A stretch of 64,000 bases of DNA from Minisyncoccota bacterium (GCA_020628915.1 JAHDEI010000001.1:19985-83984), one strand, 5' to 3'. Counted from the stretch's first letter, positions 17,694-28,024 are shown. Program-made: numbers and translations. The notes: generated from the letters alone by a model not told the origin.

Positions 17694-18104
17694 TTAAAAC
17701 AAGATTTTAGCGAGAGTGAATGCACAGATCCATGATCCTGTTGATATTGCTCCACTGAGAAATAACTTAATCTTTTCTTTCTTTGAAAGTTCCGAAAAAG
17801 AGTTCTCGAAAGCAAGAGACATGTGCTTTCCAATTAAAAACGCGTTGATCAAGAGGATGAGCACAAAAAACATCTTGCCTTGGAATAATGTCTGCATTGC
17901 AAGTGGCTTTAAATACGGCAGAGCCATATATACGCCAGTAACAATCATTCCAAGTAACCCCATCCAAACAAGTCTGTGTAGCCATGTAAATAGATTTCGG
18001 GGCAGCCTCTCTTTCTTTCCTAAGACCCACAAAAGACCGTTAATGTCGGTGAAAATAATGACGAGTACTGTTAATGATAAGATTGTGAGATGTACTGTTA
18101 ACAT
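17694..18104 (-). CDS. Hypothetical membrane protein
   Basis: Four predicted TM helices. No family recognised. Confidence 0.5.
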   Translation of the reverse strand: MLTVHLTILSLTVLVIIFTDINGLLWVLGKKERLPRNLFTWLHRLVWMGLLGMIVTGVYMALPYLKPLAMQTLFQGKMFFVLILLINAFLIGKHMSLAFENSFSELSKKEKIKLFLSGAISTGSWICAFTLAKILF

Positions 18105-18151
18105 GATTTTATTGTAACAAAAGAGCGACGGCGTAGCCGTCGCTCTTTTGC

Positions 18152-19303
18152 TTAGTTCACAAATTGAATGTAGTCGTCATAACCACGCTCCTCCATCTCT
18201 TCTAAAGGAATGAAGGTCAGTGCCGCCCCGTTCATACACCACCGTTGTCCGGTAGATGGCGTACCGTCCTCATTAAATTGAGGTCCGTCATTAAAGACAT
18301 GCCCAATATGATTGTCACCATATTTTGACCGAACTTCAGTTCGCGGAATAATCAACTTTCGATCAGTTTTGGTCACGATATTATCCATTGAGATGGGTTT
18401 AGTAAATGATGGCCACCCAGTTCCTGAATCAAATTTATCTTTAGATGAATAGAGTGGTTCTCCCGACAAAATATCTACATAGATACCTGGATCATAATTT
18501 TTATCAAGGTTCCCCGGTGTCCTTGGTGCTTCAGTCCCCTCTTTTTGGGTTACTTTATACTCCAATGGTGTCAAAGTCTTTTTTAATTCTTCGTCTGATG
18601 GCTTGAGATAGCCAACCCACGGATTGTTTTCGATTCCGTCTGGAATGACCTCAAAATCATCTCGGTCTCCCCACACAGAATCGATGTATTTGTCTCGCCC
18701 TGAACCAAATCGATACCCTTTGTACCGAACTGGATTTTTTTTATAGTAATCTTGGTGATATTCTTCTGCTGGCCAAAATACTGCCCCCCGCTCTACAGCG
18801 GTTACAATTTCTTTGTCACCATATACGTTATCGTCCGTTAATTGTTTGATAACACGCCAGGCAGTTTGTTCTTCTTGATCATTTGATGGATAGATCGCTG
18901 AGGTGTATGAATGTCCTCTATCAAAGAATGAACCACCTGCATCCGTAGGATCATGGTGCCGGAAGAAGTACTCTACTAAGTCTTGGTATGAGATAACTGA
19001 AGCATCATATTGAACCTCAACTGCCTCACGGTGGTCTGCATGATTTTGATAACTTGGATTATCTGTATCTCCTCCCATGTAACCAGAAGTTACTGCTTTG
19101 ATACCTGCAAACTTTTCAAAATCTGCCTCAACACACCAGAAACACCCTCCCGCAAAGTACGCTGTCTGAAGTCCTGCCCCTATAGTTCTCTCAACTGCTT
19201 TTGAAGTTGCTCTCATATACGTGTTATATAACACCCACGCAACAAATAATCCGATGATTACAAGTAGTATGAGAATTGGTTTATTTGTCAGTAGATTTTT
19301 CAT
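18152..19303 (-). CDS. msrAB: Fused peptide methionine sulfoxide reductase MsrA/MsrB with an N-terminal membrane anchor
   Basis: MsrA active site GCFWC and MsrB HIGHVF plus Zn-binding Cys. Confidence 0.9.
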   Translation of the reverse strand: MKNLLTNKPILILLVIIGLFVAWVLYNTYMRATSKAVERTIGAGLQTAYFAGGCFWCVEADFEKFAGIKAVTSGYMGGDTDNPSYQNHADHREAVEVQYDASVISYQDLVEYFFRHHDPTDAGGSFFDRGHSYTSAIYPSNDQEEQTAWRVIKQLTDDNVYGDKEIVTAVERGAVFWPAEEYHQDYYKKNPVRYKGYRFGSGRDKYIDSVWGDRDDFEVIPDGIENNPWVGYLKPSDEELKKTLTPLEYKVTQKEGTEAPRTPGNLDKNYDPGIYVDILSGEPLYSSKDKFDSGTGWPSFTKPISMDNIVTKTDRKLIIPRTEVRSKYGDNHIGHVFNDGPQFNEDGTPSTGQRWCMNGAALTFIPLEEMEERGYDDYIQFVN

Positions 19304-19312
19304 AGAATATTT

Positions 19313-19753
19313 TTACTCTTCTAGTAATACCTTCACCACCTCATCTATTTCCTGATACTTTCCTTCTCCAAAGTGTGTGAACCTCACATCACCTTGTTTA
19401 TCAATAATGTAGACAGCTGGCCAGTAGCGATTTTTATAGTTGTACCAAGTTTCAAATTCATTATCTTGTACAACTGGATAGGTTAATCCGTACGACGCTA
19501 CTTCACGTTTTACATTCTCTAGATGGTGTTCAAATGAAAACTCTGGGGCGTGAATCCCTATGAGAACAAAATCGTCATCTTGGTACTTTTCCCATAGCGA
19601 CTGATTATGCCCTAGTGTACGAATACAGTTAATGCATGAATAGGTCCAGAAATCGATCAGGACGACCTTGCCTTTCAAGTCTTCGATTGACTCAATTGGA
19701 TCTGAATTGATCCAATTTTTAAGTCCTTTGAACTCTGGTGCTTTCTTTTTCAT
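19313..19753 (-). CDS. TlpA/ResA-like thiol-disulfide oxidoreductase
   Basis: Thioredoxin fold with WTYSCINC (CxxC). Confidence 0.8.
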   Translation of the reverse strand: MKKKAPEFKGLKNWINSDPIESIEDLKGKVVLIDFWTYSCINCIRTLGHNQSLWEKYQDDDFVLIGIHAPEFSFEHHLENVKREVASYGLTYPVVQDNEFETWYNYKNRYWPAVYIIDKQGDVRFTHFGEGKYQEIDEVVKVLLEE

Positions 19754-19828
19754 AGTAAGTAGCGGATGTTCAATGAATCTTGTTGCTGGTTCGGGTTCTG
19801 GATCTTCCGGAAGCGTTAGCTCTTCCCT

Positions 19829-20581
19829 TCACAGAGATGACTCTTCAATCTTTTCGTCTAAGAGGCGTTGTTCAAAATTTGAGATATTAAAGTTACTGTC
19901 CAATATTTTCGCTTCAATCTTTTTATCAAGACCAGTCAAGATCGCAATAGCTACAAGCAAAAACAGGACACCTAAACCTTTTTTGAATTTACCTTGTGGA
20001 TCTGACGCAATATTGAGTTTCCCAAGCAATTTTTGCCCAGCAAACGCTACGACAAACATAACAAGCGCCAAGCCAACTGCATACGTAATGAGGTTAAGTA
20101 GTCCCACAAAGAAACTTTGCGGCAATACTGTTCCGAGGATCAGGAAGTACGTTGGCGAGCATGATGCGAATACTGGACCGAGGGCTGCCCCCATTAATAT
20201 CATTGGTAAGTATCCATCTTTTTTACTTTGGTTGAATAAAGCTTTTTCGCTAGCATGTTTAAGGGAAAACTTCTTGGGTGTAATCTTTTGCATCATTTTT
20301 GCCCACGTTACAGGGAACAATAATGAGATTGCAAAGAGCAAAATAATCCCACCGGAGAAGTATGTCCAGAACGCCTGCGGAATATCAATCAGTAATGTTG
20401 ATGCTTTTAGTAAAAGCGTAAACAATACTATTGATACAGCAAGCGACAGGGTGATAACAACAGGTCTCATGACGCGATTATCTGCCACCGACCCTCCAAT
20501 AATGACAGGGAGGAGCGGCAAGATACACGGCGCCAAAACTGTCAGAACACCTGCGATAAATGATAATAAGAGAAATTCCAT
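19829..20581 (-). CDS. ccdA: Cytochrome c-type biogenesis protein CcdA (DsbD transmembrane domain)
   Basis: LAPCILPLLP and a second conserved Cys (ASCSPT), each in a TM helix. Confidence 0.85.
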   Translation of the reverse strand: MEFLLLSFIAGVLTVLAPCILPLLPVIIGGSVADNRVMRPVVITLSLAVSIVLFTLLLKASTLLIDIPQAFWTYFSGGIILLFAISLLFPVTWAKMMQKITPKKFSLKHASEKALFNQSKKDGYLPMILMGAALGPVFASCSPTYFLILGTVLPQSFFVGLLNLITYAVGLALVMFVVAFAGQKLLGKLNIASDPQGKFKKGLGVLFLLVAIAILTGLDKKIEAKILDSNFNISNFEQRLLDEKIEESSL

Positions 20582-20589
20582 ACTATCTT

Positions 20590-21252
20590 TTAGTTAACTC
20601 GAGAAACAACTGATTCAAGAGTATTTCCCCCTCCCCATTTTTGAACAAGGTTCCCATTGTTGTCTACCTGCACAAATGTGTGCTGATATGTTACTCCATA
20701 TTTCTTTTTTAGATCAGATTCCGTATCGTAATTTGCTTTTAGAATCGTTAAGTCAGATGGGATGTCTCCCAGCGAAGCTTCGATGTCTCGTTCCAATACT
20801 CGACATGTCGGACACCAGTCCGCCAAGAATGCTACAACCACATCACCGTCAGCTGATGCTACCTTTCCTGCTGAATATGAAGAAAACGTTCCTGGCGCTT
20901 GAGAAACTGGTGCTGGTGCTGGCTCTTCTTTCTTTTCCATTACTGTTTCTTCTTTTACCATAACCTCTTCTTCCTTCTTCATCATCACGTCTTCCTCTTT
21001 TTTCATCATTGCTGCCTCTTCTTCTTTTGACATCAGTAACTCATCTTGTGAATGTTTTTCCATTTTCGCATCCTCATCTTTTTTCATCATCACGTCCTCC
21101 TCTACTCGATCAGCCGCATCTTTTACCATGACCTCTGCTGTGTTTTGCGCACTTAATTGGTCACTCTGGTTTGAATTGTAATACCAGTAACCTCCACCGA
21201 TCACCAGTAGTGCAATAATTAGTCCTATAATGTTATTCATATTATTTTGCAT
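20590..21252 (-). CDS. Membrane-anchored thioredoxin-like protein with a repetitive KEE/MMKK linker
   Basis: N-terminal TM helix, low-complexity (MMKKEEDV)n repeats, and a C-terminal WCPTC thioredoxin domain. Confidence 0.75.
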   Translation of the reverse strand: MQNNMNNIIGLIIALLVIGGGYWYYNSNQSDQLSAQNTAEVMVKDAADRVEEDVMMKKDEDAKMEKHSQDELLMSKEEEAAMMKKEEDVMMKKEEEVMVKEETVMEKKEEPAPAPVSQAPGTFSSYSAGKVASADGDVVVAFLADWCPTCRVLERDIEASLGDIPSDLTILKANYDTESDLKKKYGVTYQHTFVQVDNNGNLVQKWGGGNTLESVVSRVN

Positions 21253-21314
21253 TAACTAAAAATACCTCCTGATCTTAGCAGGGGGTATTTAGAATGTCAA
21301 GTATCCTTTACATT

Positions 21315-21914
21315 TTAAATTTGTGTTTTTTGTGCGGTTACGTATAGCCACTTGTGTGCTTTCTCGAAAAAGCCACTTTCAAGCACCTTAAAACCTGATC
21401 TCTTAACAATATCATTCATTTCATTCTCGGACCAATAATTAAAATAACGAGGCGCATTCATTTTATGTGTAGAAACCTCTTCCCCCTCTCCCGATTTAAA
21501 CGTGAAAATAAATACTCCATCTTTCATCAAGGTCTCTCTAACGCCCGAGAGTGCTTGTAAAAAATTATCATCAGTAAGGTGTAAAACTACTGCTTCGGCG
21601 ATCACTAGATCGTACTGCTTTTCCACTTGTATATCTAATATATCGACAAGCTGTGCGTCCTTTCCTAAGGACTTTTGATAATCAACAAATGCATGTGCCG
21701 CGTCGCTGCGATCTACACTGTAGCCCAACGATTCAATATAGTCTGCGGTGCGACCCGTTGCGGTTCCAATTTCTAATATGTTTGAATCAGAGTCGAACCT
21801 TTTTAGCTGATTCTCCCAAAACAATCCAAACTCGTTCCCCATTTCTGACGGAGTTAATTCTACATATGCATCCAATCCATTTTCATACGTTTGGAGTGTT
21901 TCCTTATTGTTCAT
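21315..21914 (-). CDS. SAM-dependent methyltransferase
   Basis: ILEIGTATGRTADYIESLGYSVDRSD motif I. The start is set at MNNKETL. Confidence 0.65.
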   Translation of the reverse strand: MNNKETLQTYENGLDAYVELTPSEMGNEFGLFWENQLKRFDSDSNILEIGTATGRTADYIESLGYSVDRSDAAHAFVDYQKSLGKDAQLVDILDIQVEKQYDLVIAEAVVLHLTDDNFLQALSGVRETLMKDGVFIFTFKSGEGEEVSTHKMNAPRYFNYWSENEMNDIVKRSGFKVLESGFFEKAHKWLYVTAQKTQI

Positions 21915-22270
21915 TAGTTTTTCTTGTCTAAGTAGATTCGAACTACCAGTCTCGCCACCAGCATCCCCACTAGTGCAGCAAACAACCATGGATCAACGTC
22001 GTGCATAACAAATGTTTGTTTTGCAATTGCAACTAAAAGCAATACTCCGCCAACAACAAAACCTGATTCGGCTGCAACCATGCGGTGTTTTTCTTCGCGT
22101 TCGTCTCTGTCTGTACTCTTCAGTAGTGACCCAACAAAAACAGCAAACATGGCCACCACAGCCAAATACCCAATAGCGTACGCCATAGGCGGCATCGAGA
22201 CATAAAATAGTCCGATGAAAATCAAGAGGAGCAGTAACGCTATAAGTTCTTTGATGATTGTAGGATGCAT
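21914..22270 (-). CDS. DUF2975-like membrane protein, partner of the upstream HTH
   Basis: Four TM helices, immediately downstream of the small XRE HTH gene. This is a common pairing. Confidence 0.55.
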   Translation of the reverse strand: MHPTIIKELIALLLLLIFIGLFYVSMPPMAYAIGYLAVVAMFAVFVGSLLKSTDRDEREEKHRMVAAESGFVVGGVLLLVAIAKQTFVMHDVDPWLFAALVGMLVARLVVRIYLDKKN

Positions 22271-22292
22271 GTTATTTCTTATTATTTTTCAA

Positions 22293-22523
22293 TTATTTTT
22301 TGATGCCAAAAATATCTTCAACTGGCTGTCCCATATACTTTGCCAATTTCAGTGCCAAAAGAACAGATGGTGTGTAATTTCCTCCTTCAATTGCAATGAT
22401 TGTTTGCCTCGTTACCCCGACTGCCTCAGCCAAATCTTGTTGGGTAATTCCTTTGTCTTTTCGCACTGCCCGTACGCAACTCACTATCTCTTCTTTTTTC
22501 ATGTAAAGTCTAGTATACAACAA
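22293..22523 (-). CDS. XRE-family HTH transcriptional regulator
   Basis: A 76-aa protein with the Cro/C1 HTH ...QQDLAEAVGVTRQTIIAIEGGNYTPSVLLALKLAKYMGQPVEDIF. Confidence 0.85.
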   Translation of the reverse strand: MLYTRLYMKKEEIVSCVRAVRKDKGITQQDLAEAVGVTRQTIIAIEGGNYTPSVLLALKLAKYMGQPVEDIFGIKK

Positions 22524-22557
22524 AGAACTCTTTCGGTAAATAAAAAGCCTGATCAGG

Positions 22558-23106
22558 TCAGGCTTTCGATAATTTCTTCATTAAGGAATTGAGGGCTCTG
22601 GTTCTATGTGAATTCTCAGACTTTTTCTCAAGACCCATCTCTGAATATGTCAGATCAGACCATTCAGGAATAAACGTGTGATCAAAGCCGAAACCTTCTC
22701 CTTCTCGGACTTCCCATGTTAGATTCCCTTTGGTCTCAGATTCCGCAGTAATAAATTCTGATCCATCGTAGTAAACCACAACAACCTTAATATGTGCCAA
22801 TCTGTTGCTGCGTCCGCCAAGTAATTCAATAGTTCCCGCCTCACCCATTGTTTGCTCAACAAACTTGATAAAGGGGCCCGGGAAACCGCCAATGGCATCG
22901 ATATAGAACCCCACATCTTCGACAATGACCGGCTTGCCCACTTGGCAATAGGCAGATTGTGCTTTTTTCCGAGCAATCTCATAGATATCAAAAGACTGAA
23001 TCTCATCAATATCCAGGTCAACCTGTACTAAATCATACTCTGCGAGTATATATTGTACTTCCCTGAATTTATCTCTATTCCCTGTTACATAATGTACTGT
23101 TTTCAT
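22558..23106 (-). CDS. rdgB: Non-canonical purine NTP pyrophosphatase (RdgB/Ham1)
   Basis: N-terminal VTGNRDKFREV and the overall Ham1 pattern. Confidence 0.8.
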   Translation of the reverse strand: MKTVHYVTGNRDKFREVQYILAEYDLVQVDLDIDEIQSFDIYEIARKKAQSAYCQVGKPVIVEDVGFYIDAIGGFPGPFIKFVEQTMGEAGTIELLGGRSNRLAHIKVVVVYYDGSEFITAESETKGNLTWEVREGEGFGFDHTFIPEWSDLTYSEMGLEKKSENSHRTRALNSLMKKLSKA

Positions 23107-23143
23107 AACCTCTCCATTATTTCTACTGCAACTATACCACAGC

Positions 23144-23500
23144 CTATTTTTTCTTTGATTGTTTGGATATATTCCAGGCCTGGTACACCCACCCTGTTAT
23201 CTTTTCTCTATCTTCTAAGATCTCATCTGGCACGTGATAATACGGCATTGCTGTTGGCCCTCTTGTTTTATGTCCAATGTATACGAATTGTTTGCCGCCC
23301 TCTGCGATGATTTCTTGACCAAACTTCTCATCACCTTTCAAGAAAAATCCTGCCGTTCCTTGATCATCATCCATGTATGCACCAAAAATAATTTCATCTA
23401 GATAGAAACCATAACCTCCAAATAATCCTTTGTGGCTTACTCCTTCAATACCTGCCAAAACGTCTCCGATAATATAGTCTCTGAATTCTTGTTTCTCCAT
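23144..23500 (-). CDS. TfoX N-terminal domain protein
   Basis: HKGLFGGYGFYLDEIIFGAY matches the TfoX_N signature. Confidence 0.6.
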   Translation of the reverse strand: MEKQEFRDYIIGDVLAGIEGVSHKGLFGGYGFYLDEIIFGAYMDDDQGTAGFFLKGDEKFGQEIIAEGGKQFVYIGHKTRGPTAMPYYHVPDEILEDREKITGWVYQAWNISKQSKKK

Positions 23501-23502
23501 AT

Positions 23503-24837
23503 TTAAATGAGTGATGGTGGATTCTCCAGACACTGTGTGAGCTCATCCGTTAGTGTCCACCCACACTCACCAGTCGACTGCGGCTCGCAACTTGCGGTTG
23601 CGTAACACGCATATGAATCACGAAATTCACAGGTACTGATCCCCCCACCCGCGTCAGCTTCTTCTTTTGAGATACACAGTTGTGAGCTACACCCAGCAAC
23701 CACACATGTATTCTCAACTGCTTGGCTCTTTGATAGTACCTCTACTAATTCGTACGAATAGAGACTGGCATCAGCTGGAATTTCATTTGGGTCATCTGTT
23801 CCAAATGCTAATGTTCGCTTGATTTTTAATCTGTATGTAAAACCTTCTTCGTGAGTAAACCCATTAATTCCATCATAAAATAACTGTCCATCAACCATCA
23901 GACATGCTTGAGGACCAACACCTTCACAAGGGACTTCCTCTGGGCCCACGTTTACGGTCAGCTCTATTCCATCTCCAGGGATTGGATTTTCATCTATCTC
24001 CTCAACAAACGTTTGCCCTTCATAAAAACACTGGCGCGGATATGACTCAGCAATCAAGCCCGTCTCTGCAACACATTCATCAAAATTATTTACCTTTGAC
24101 TGCGCTGGTATTGGTTCAGGAGTTGGAAGAGCAGGAGTCGTTGATGTTGATTGCAGAATTGATTCAGATAAAAAATCAAATGGAATTTCAATATCAACTG
24201 CACCCTCTACTCCGGGAGCTACTGCATATTCTGGAAAAGCAAACCCGATTGCATTATTTGTGACATATACATTTTCCAAATTTCCACTCTCTGGTGTAAT
24301 CCCCTCTTTAAACCAAGACTCCCCATACTTTTCTCCCAAAAGCCTCGATAGTTCTGTGGTCAAAACATCCACGCGCTCTTCGTCATTAAAAAAGTCAACA
24401 AAGTTCACTTCTGTGTTTGTGAGTTTGTCAAAGACAAATGTCTTGCGTAATTCATTGCCGTTAACACCTCCTGTAAAAGAATACTGACCTAAAACGTAAC
24501 TTTCGTATTCTGGGTTATCAAATTTTTTATAGTCAATTCGTAGAACATATGGTTCACCATCTGTTTCGAGATGTTCGAGTTTCGCAAATGTGTCTATCTC
24601 GTCTTGAATGTAATCAACCACGACTGATGGGGCTCCCGCAGGAAAAACCACAGAAATATCATGTGTCGGAGTTACACTTTCGTAAATGACGTCTTTGGAT
24701 TGAGGGCTGTTATCGATAATGGTTGGGGATCGGTCGCTGTCATTGAAAGGATTTTTCTGATTACTCTTTTGCAAGAGAAAACCAGCAACCAATAAAACAA
24801 GAAATAGTGCCAATAAAACGAGATAGATCTTTTTCAT
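23503..24837 (-). CDS. Secreted DUF3298/DUF4163-type protein with a Cys-rich C-terminal domain
   Basis: N-terminal TM/signal segment, RsiV-like middle region, and a C-terminal module with about 12 Cys. Confidence 0.5.
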   Translation of the reverse strand: MKKIYLVLLALFLVLLVAGFLLQKSNQKNPFNDSDRSPTIIDNSPQSKDVIYESVTPTHDISVVFPAGAPSVVVDYIQDEIDTFAKLEHLETDGEPYVLRIDYKKFDNPEYESYVLGQYSFTGGVNGNELRKTFVFDKLTNTEVNFVDFFNDEERVDVLTTELSRLLGEKYGESWFKEGITPESGNLENVYVTNNAIGFAFPEYAVAPGVEGAVDIEIPFDFLSESILQSTSTTPALPTPEPIPAQSKVNNFDECVAETGLIAESYPRQCFYEGQTFVEEIDENPIPGDGIELTVNVGPEEVPCEGVGPQACLMVDGQLFYDGINGFTHEEGFTYRLKIKRTLAFGTDDPNEIPADASLYSYELVEVLSKSQAVENTCVVAGCSSQLCISKEEADAGGGISTCEFRDSYACYATASCEPQSTGECGWTLTDELTQCLENPPSLI

Positions 24838-24862
24838 AATAACCTTATGGTATCATACCTCC

Positions 24863-25771
24863 ATGATTAAGATTTCTGGACTCAATAAGACGTACGACAA
24901 TGGCTTTGAGGCACTAAAAAATGTCGACCTCGAAATTAAAGAAGGAGAAATTTTTGCCTTACTTGGGCCAAATGGAGCTGGAAAAACTACCCTTATTAGT
25001 ACTATTTGTGGTCTCGTTGAGCCAACAAGTGGAACAATAACTATTGGCGGCTACGACCACAAGAGAGACTACCGAAAGGCACGAGAGTTAATTGGTCTTG
25101 TTCCCCAGGAAATTATGCTTGATATTTTTGAAACAGTCTGGAGCACCATGCAATATGCACGAGGTTTTTTCGGGAAAAAAGACGACCCAGCATTATACGA
25201 ACAAATTCTTAAGGATCTTTCTTTGTGGGATAAAAAGGACAACAAAATTCAAGCATTGTCAGGTGGGATGAAAAGGCGTGTTCTAATTGCCCGAGCCCTC
25301 ACGAACGAGCCAAAAGTTCTATTTCTTGATGAACCAACGGCCGGTGTAGATGTTGAATTGCGCAGGGGTATGCTCGAGGTTGTGAAAAAACTAAAAGAGC
25401 GTGGAACGACTATTATTCTCACTACACACTATATCGAAGAAGCTGAGGAATTAGCAGATCGTGTTGGAATTATCTCTGAGGGAGAAATCAAACTGGTGGA
25501 AGAAAAAGAATCTTTAATGAAACGTATGGGTAGCAAGACATTAAAAATTAATCTTGCAGAAAAAATTGATTCTCTTCCAAGTCAAATTGAACGAGAAGGC
25601 CTCAGCTTATCTGATGACAGAAATAGTCTCGAATATTCATACAAAATTGGTGCAAACTCGGGCATCACCTCCCTACTATCTGACCTCAAATCGGCCAATA
25701 TCTCTTTTGAAGATTTAGATACCGAGCAATCAAGTCTTGAAGAAATTTTTGTAAATCTAGTAAATGAATAA
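24863..25771 (+). CDS. ABC transporter ATP-binding protein
   Basis: Walker A LLGPNGAGKTT, signature LSGGMKRR, and Walker B ILFLDEPT. Confidence 0.9.
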   Translation: MIKISGLNKTYDNGFEALKNVDLEIKEGEIFALLGPNGAGKTTLISTICGLVEPTSGTITIGGYDHKRDYRKARELIGLVPQEIMLDIFETVWSTMQYARGFFGKKDDPALYEQILKDLSLWDKKDNKIQALSGGMKRRVLIARALTNEPKVLFLDEPTAGVDVELRRGMLEVVKKLKERGTTIILTTHYIEEAEELADRVGIISEGEIKLVEEKESLMKRMGSKTLKINLAEKIDSLPSQIEREGLSLSDDRNSLEYSYKIGANSGITSLLSDLKSANISFEDLDTEQSSLEEIFVNLVNE

Positions 25772-26534
25772 TATGAATTGGATTGGATTATGGACTGTGT
25801 ACAAAAAAGAAATGCAGCGCACCAAGCGTGTGCTCTTTCAGTCGATTGTTTCTCCTGTTATTACTACAGCCCTTTACTTTATTGTCTTTGGGTCAGCAAT
25901 TGGGTCAGCAATTGCAGTGATTGATGGTGTGAGCTACGCACAATTTATTGTGCCGGGACTTATCATGATGGCACTACTCCAAAACAGTTTTTCTGCGGCA
26001 TCTTCAGGAATTTATTTTCCAAAATGGATTGGAAGTATTTACGAGATGCTGTCAGCACCCCTTTCATACATAGAAATTACCGCAGGATATGTATTGGCTG
26101 CAACTACACGTGCCCTTCTGATCGGAATCATTATATATCTTGTGGCTCTTTTCTTTACCCCCCTTCCTGTTCTCCATCCATTTTGGGCACTTGGTTTTTC
26201 AATCTTAGTTTCGTTTGTCTTTGCCATGTTTGGTTTTGTGGTGGGGCTGTGGGCAAACTCATTCGAACAATTCAACATCATTCCAACCTTTGTTATCGCT
26301 CCGCTTGCGTTCCTGGGGGGAGTATTTTACTCAATCTCAATGCTGCCTCCGTTTTGGCAGACTGTGACGCTATTCAACCCACTGGTGTACATGATTAACG
26401 GATTGCGATGGGCATTCTTTGGAATAACTGACGTGCATCCTCTCTGGTCTGCAATAGTGATTCTTATTTTCATGACAATCCTCATCGGAATTATTGCCTG
26501 GATATTTAAAACCGGATATAAATTACGAAAATAA
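25764..26534 (+). CDS. ABC-2 family transporter permease
   Basis: Six TM helices, translationally coupled to the ATPase. Confidence 0.8.
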   Translation: MNNMNWIGLWTVYKKEMQRTKRVLFQSIVSPVITTALYFIVFGSAIGSAIAVIDGVSYAQFIVPGLIMMALLQNSFSAASSGIYFPKWIGSIYEMLSAPLSYIEITAGYVLAATTRALLIGIIIYLVALFFTPLPVLHPFWALGFSILVSFVFAMFGFVVGLWANSFEQFNIIPTFVIAPLAFLGGVFYSISMLPPFWQTVTLFNPLVYMINGLRWAFFGITDVHPLWSAIVILIFMTILIGIIAWIFKTGYKLRK

Positions 26535-26556
26535 AAAAGCGACCTAATCGGTCGCT

Positions 26557-26973
26557 TTATCTTTTCTCGTTCTTTTTTTTGTAAGCGTGCGCAAACAAAA
26601 ACATAAATAAGGCATACAGACTACCTGAACAAATAAATATTCCATATATCCAGTATGGACTTTTATATATTGCAGCAATGCATACTGCGCTACATGTGAT
26701 CCATAAAGTAGTAAAGAAAAAAGATTTGATCAGAGTCAGGTGCATCCACGCTCGTCGATCAGCATCGAGCAAGGCACGTTCGGACCTACTATCCCTCAGG
26801 AGACAATATGATAAATAAATCGAGACCGAATACGCAAGTATCATCGCTCCTACAAATGAAGCAACCGTGAACATTACAGGCTGGGCAAATGCCGCTACTG
26901 CAATGCAGATGCTCCCCATTACACCGATCATATTTAGTGTTGCGAGAAATTTCTCAAAAGAAGTCATTTCCAT
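26557..26973 (-). CDS. Hypothetical membrane protein
   Basis: Four TM helices. Confidence 0.45.
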   Translation of the reverse strand: MEMTSFEKFLATLNMIGVMGSICIAVAAFAQPVMFTVASFVGAMILAYSVSIYLSYCLLRDSRSERALLDADRRAWMHLTLIKSFFFTTLWITCSAVCIAAIYKSPYWIYGIFICSGSLYALFMFLFAHAYKKKNEKR

Positions 26974-27022
26974 TACTGACCCTCCCTTTCTGTGCACAGT
27001 CTACCATACTCCAAGGAACGCA

Positions 27023-27814
27023 TTAACAGAAATAGTCTTCTAAAACGTCTTTCCATATACCCAAAGCAAGATCTTTTTTATTAAATTTTTCGTAAACCAC
27101 TTTCAAAAAAGGATTATGATTCAACTCAACCGCCTGAATTTCAGAAAAATCGTTTGCAACAAACACATCCGCTCCAATAATTGGTGCGTTTACGTACTGG
27201 TAAAGTCTTTTTGCCCACGTCTTTAGTTCTTCTGGAAAATCTGAGTCCATAAAATGATCAATTGTATCGGCCTTCATGTTGAGTCCTGTTTGATACTTGT
27301 ACGCAAAACGAATTTCCCCTTGGTAAATAAAAAGCCTGTACTCGTCCTTTTGTATGTACTCTTGAACCAAAATATTCGGATAAAGACTGGTGTTTCGATG
27401 CAAGTAATCTACTACTTCTCTTTTACCTGAAATCAACTCCACTCCCTTACTAAGAGATTTGTCATTGGGTTTAATGATGCAGGGGTAGCCAAAGTTTTCC
27501 TGGACGTAACTGTCGATCTCGCTTGGATCAATTGGTTTTTCTTCTGCTGAAAAGAATTTTCCTGAAATTGTTGTAAAGCCTCCTTTGTCTAAATAGTGCT
27601 TGGTCATATCTTTGTATTTCATGATTGCAATGTGCCATGCTGACTGCGTTGGATACTGCTGCCACACTGATGCTACAAAAGACTTTTTTGAATGAGGCTT
27701 GCTCACAACAAAAGCGTCAAAGTATTCATTCACTCCTTTAGAGATTTGTTTGCATGTGTACCCGAACTGTTCACATGCATCTTTTAAAATAGTTATGTTG
27801 ATATGCTCTTTCAT
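27023..27814 (-). CDS. ATP-grasp domain protein
   Basis: ...FGYPCIIKPNDKSLSKGV..., ...ILVQEYI..., ...IGADVFV.... These resemble RimK/ligase-type ATP-grasp motifs. Confidence 0.6.
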   Translation of the reverse strand: MKEHINITILKDACEQFGYTCKQISKGVNEYFDAFVVSKPHSKKSFVASVWQQYPTQSAWHIAIMKYKDMTKHYLDKGGFTTISGKFFSAEEKPIDPSEIDSYVQENFGYPCIIKPNDKSLSKGVELISGKREVVDYLHRNTSLYPNILVQEYIQKDEYRLFIYQGEIRFAYKYQTGLNMKADTIDHFMDSDFPEELKTWAKRLYQYVNAPIIGADVFVANDFSEIQAVELNHNPFLKVVYEKFNKKDLALGIWKDVLEDYFC

Positions 27815-27858
27815 TGCGTTTTATTATAGTCTACCAGATATGCTATTCTACCCGATAC

Positions 27859-27945
27859 GGAGAAGTGGCTGAGTGGTTGAAGGCGCTACGTTGGAAACGT
27901 AGTGTGCGTTTACGCGCACCGCAGGTTCGAATCCTGTCTTCTCCG
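27859..27945 (+). tRNA. tRNA-Ser (anticodon GGA)
   Basis: Cloverleaf with acceptor ggagaag/cttctcc, anticodon arm ctacg-ttGGAaa-cgtag, a long variable arm, and T-loop ttcgaat. CCA is not encoded. Confidence 0.85.
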
Positions 27946-28024
27946 CCCTAATGCAAAATAGTTCCTAATTTGACTTTATTTTCTTTTATTTTATTATTCA
28001 AAAAGAATTACTGAGGAGAGTCCT

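Noticed and set aside
24838-24862. The 25-bp divergent intergenic region contains the palindrome ggtat-c-atacc between the DUF3298 gene and the ABC ATPase.
   Set aside because: The arms are too short (5 bp) to call an operator. The start codons of both genes look correct, so the promoters must overlap coding sequence. Not enough signal.
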